Source: the human T2T-CHM13v2.0 reference genome, Homo sapiens. Taken from it: 64,000 bases of DNA. Where the stretch lies: NCBI RefSeq assembly GCF_009914755.1, contig NC_060935.1; one strand, written 5' to 3'. Within the stretch, counting starts at the first letter, position 1. The number at the start of each line of letters is the position of its first letter. The notes below the pieces were generated by a model, which saw only the letters and a program-made list of their open reading frames with translations, had not been told where the DNA came from and searched no databases. Positions 62,112 to 64,000 of this stretch are shown here, piece by piece. The translations under genes were made by a program, and so were the position numbers.

Positions 62112-62942
62112 TGAGAACTATTTTTAATTGGGAAGCTGAAGTTCGGGGATCACTTGAACACGGGAGTTCAAGGCTGCAGTGGGCCAAGATTGGGCCACTG
62201 CACTCCAGCCTGGATGACAGAGACAGACCCCATCTATAAAAGTAAATAAAATAAAATAGAACATTTTTAGAGGAAGTAATAGCTAACATTATCGAGCACT
62301 TAGGTCAGGTGGTTCTCTGAGTACTTTGCGCATAGGAACTGACTTTATTCTCACAATACCCTATAAAGTAAGTGCTGTTAGTATTACAGTTGTACCTGCT
62401 TTACAAGTGAGGAAACCACCACAGACAGATTAAGTAATTTGCCCAAGGTCTTTCTAAAACAGCACTCTAAATCAAGCATTTAAGCTCTATCTTTCTGTAG
62501 CCCAAGGTTAAAGATAAGGAGATTCAGGTTTAGAGAAACCCTAATTGGGAAAGATGAATAATTAGAGAGAAAACTGCCTGCAAAGATTTATCTGGCCAGG
62601 TGGCAAGGTGGCTCATGCTTGCAATCCCAGCACCTTAGAAGGCTGAGGTGGGTGGATCACCTGAGGTCAGGAGTTTGAGACTAGCCTGGTCAACATGGTA
62701 AAACCCTGCCTCTACTAAAAATACAAAAAGTAGCCAGGTGTGGTGGCGGGGGCCTATAATCCCAGCTACTCAGGAGCCTGAGGCAGGAGCATCGCTTCAA
62801 CCCAAGAGACGGAGGTTGCAGTGAGCCAAGATTGCATCATTGCATTCCAGCCTGGGAAACAGAGCGAGACTCCTGGGGGTGGCACTGCAGCTGAGTTGAC
62901 AAAGATAGGGAAAGCTGAGGGGAAAAATGGGAGTTTTAGCAC

Positions 62943-63868
<926 letters not shown>

Positions 63869-64000
63869 AGGCCGGGCCTGGTGGCTCACGCCTGTAATCC
63901 CAGCACTTTGGGAGCCTGAGGTGGGCAGATCACGAGGTCAGGAGTTCAAGACCAGCTTGGCTAACATGGTGAAACCCCATCTCTACTAAAAATACAAAAA

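Overview
Human (primate) genomic DNA, very Alu-rich. It holds the 5' half of USP28 (ubiquitin-specific protease 28) on the minus strand: a CpG-island promoter at about 53.4-54.3 kb and coding exons 1-12. The exons were assembled by hand with GT-AG boundaries into 1283 nt of continuous frame (M1 to the split codon R428), including the UBA/SIM/UIM region and catalytic Cys171. The gene continues past the left edge. The introns also contain a disabled ISG20L2 processed pseudogene, U6 and U7 snRNA retrocopies, an RT-less class III (ERV-L/MaLR-like) pol relic, and MLT2, L1, L2, MIR and MER elements. Upstream of the promoter are MST, THE1 and MER57-type LTRs. Most of the supplied ORFs are Alu, L1 or LTR artefacts. 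I see no wholly new biological system. The best leads are regulatory and are inferences needing RNA data: (i) a candidate poison microexon with neural-type motifs in intron 7, (ii) an in-frame 69-nt candidate cassette exon next to the catalytic Cys box, (iii) two DUX4-motif MaLR LTRs pointing at the USP28 promoter, and (iv) a kB + TATA + strong splice-donor module in intron 1. Gene and repeat identities come from recalled sequences, not database searches, and repeat boundaries are approximate.
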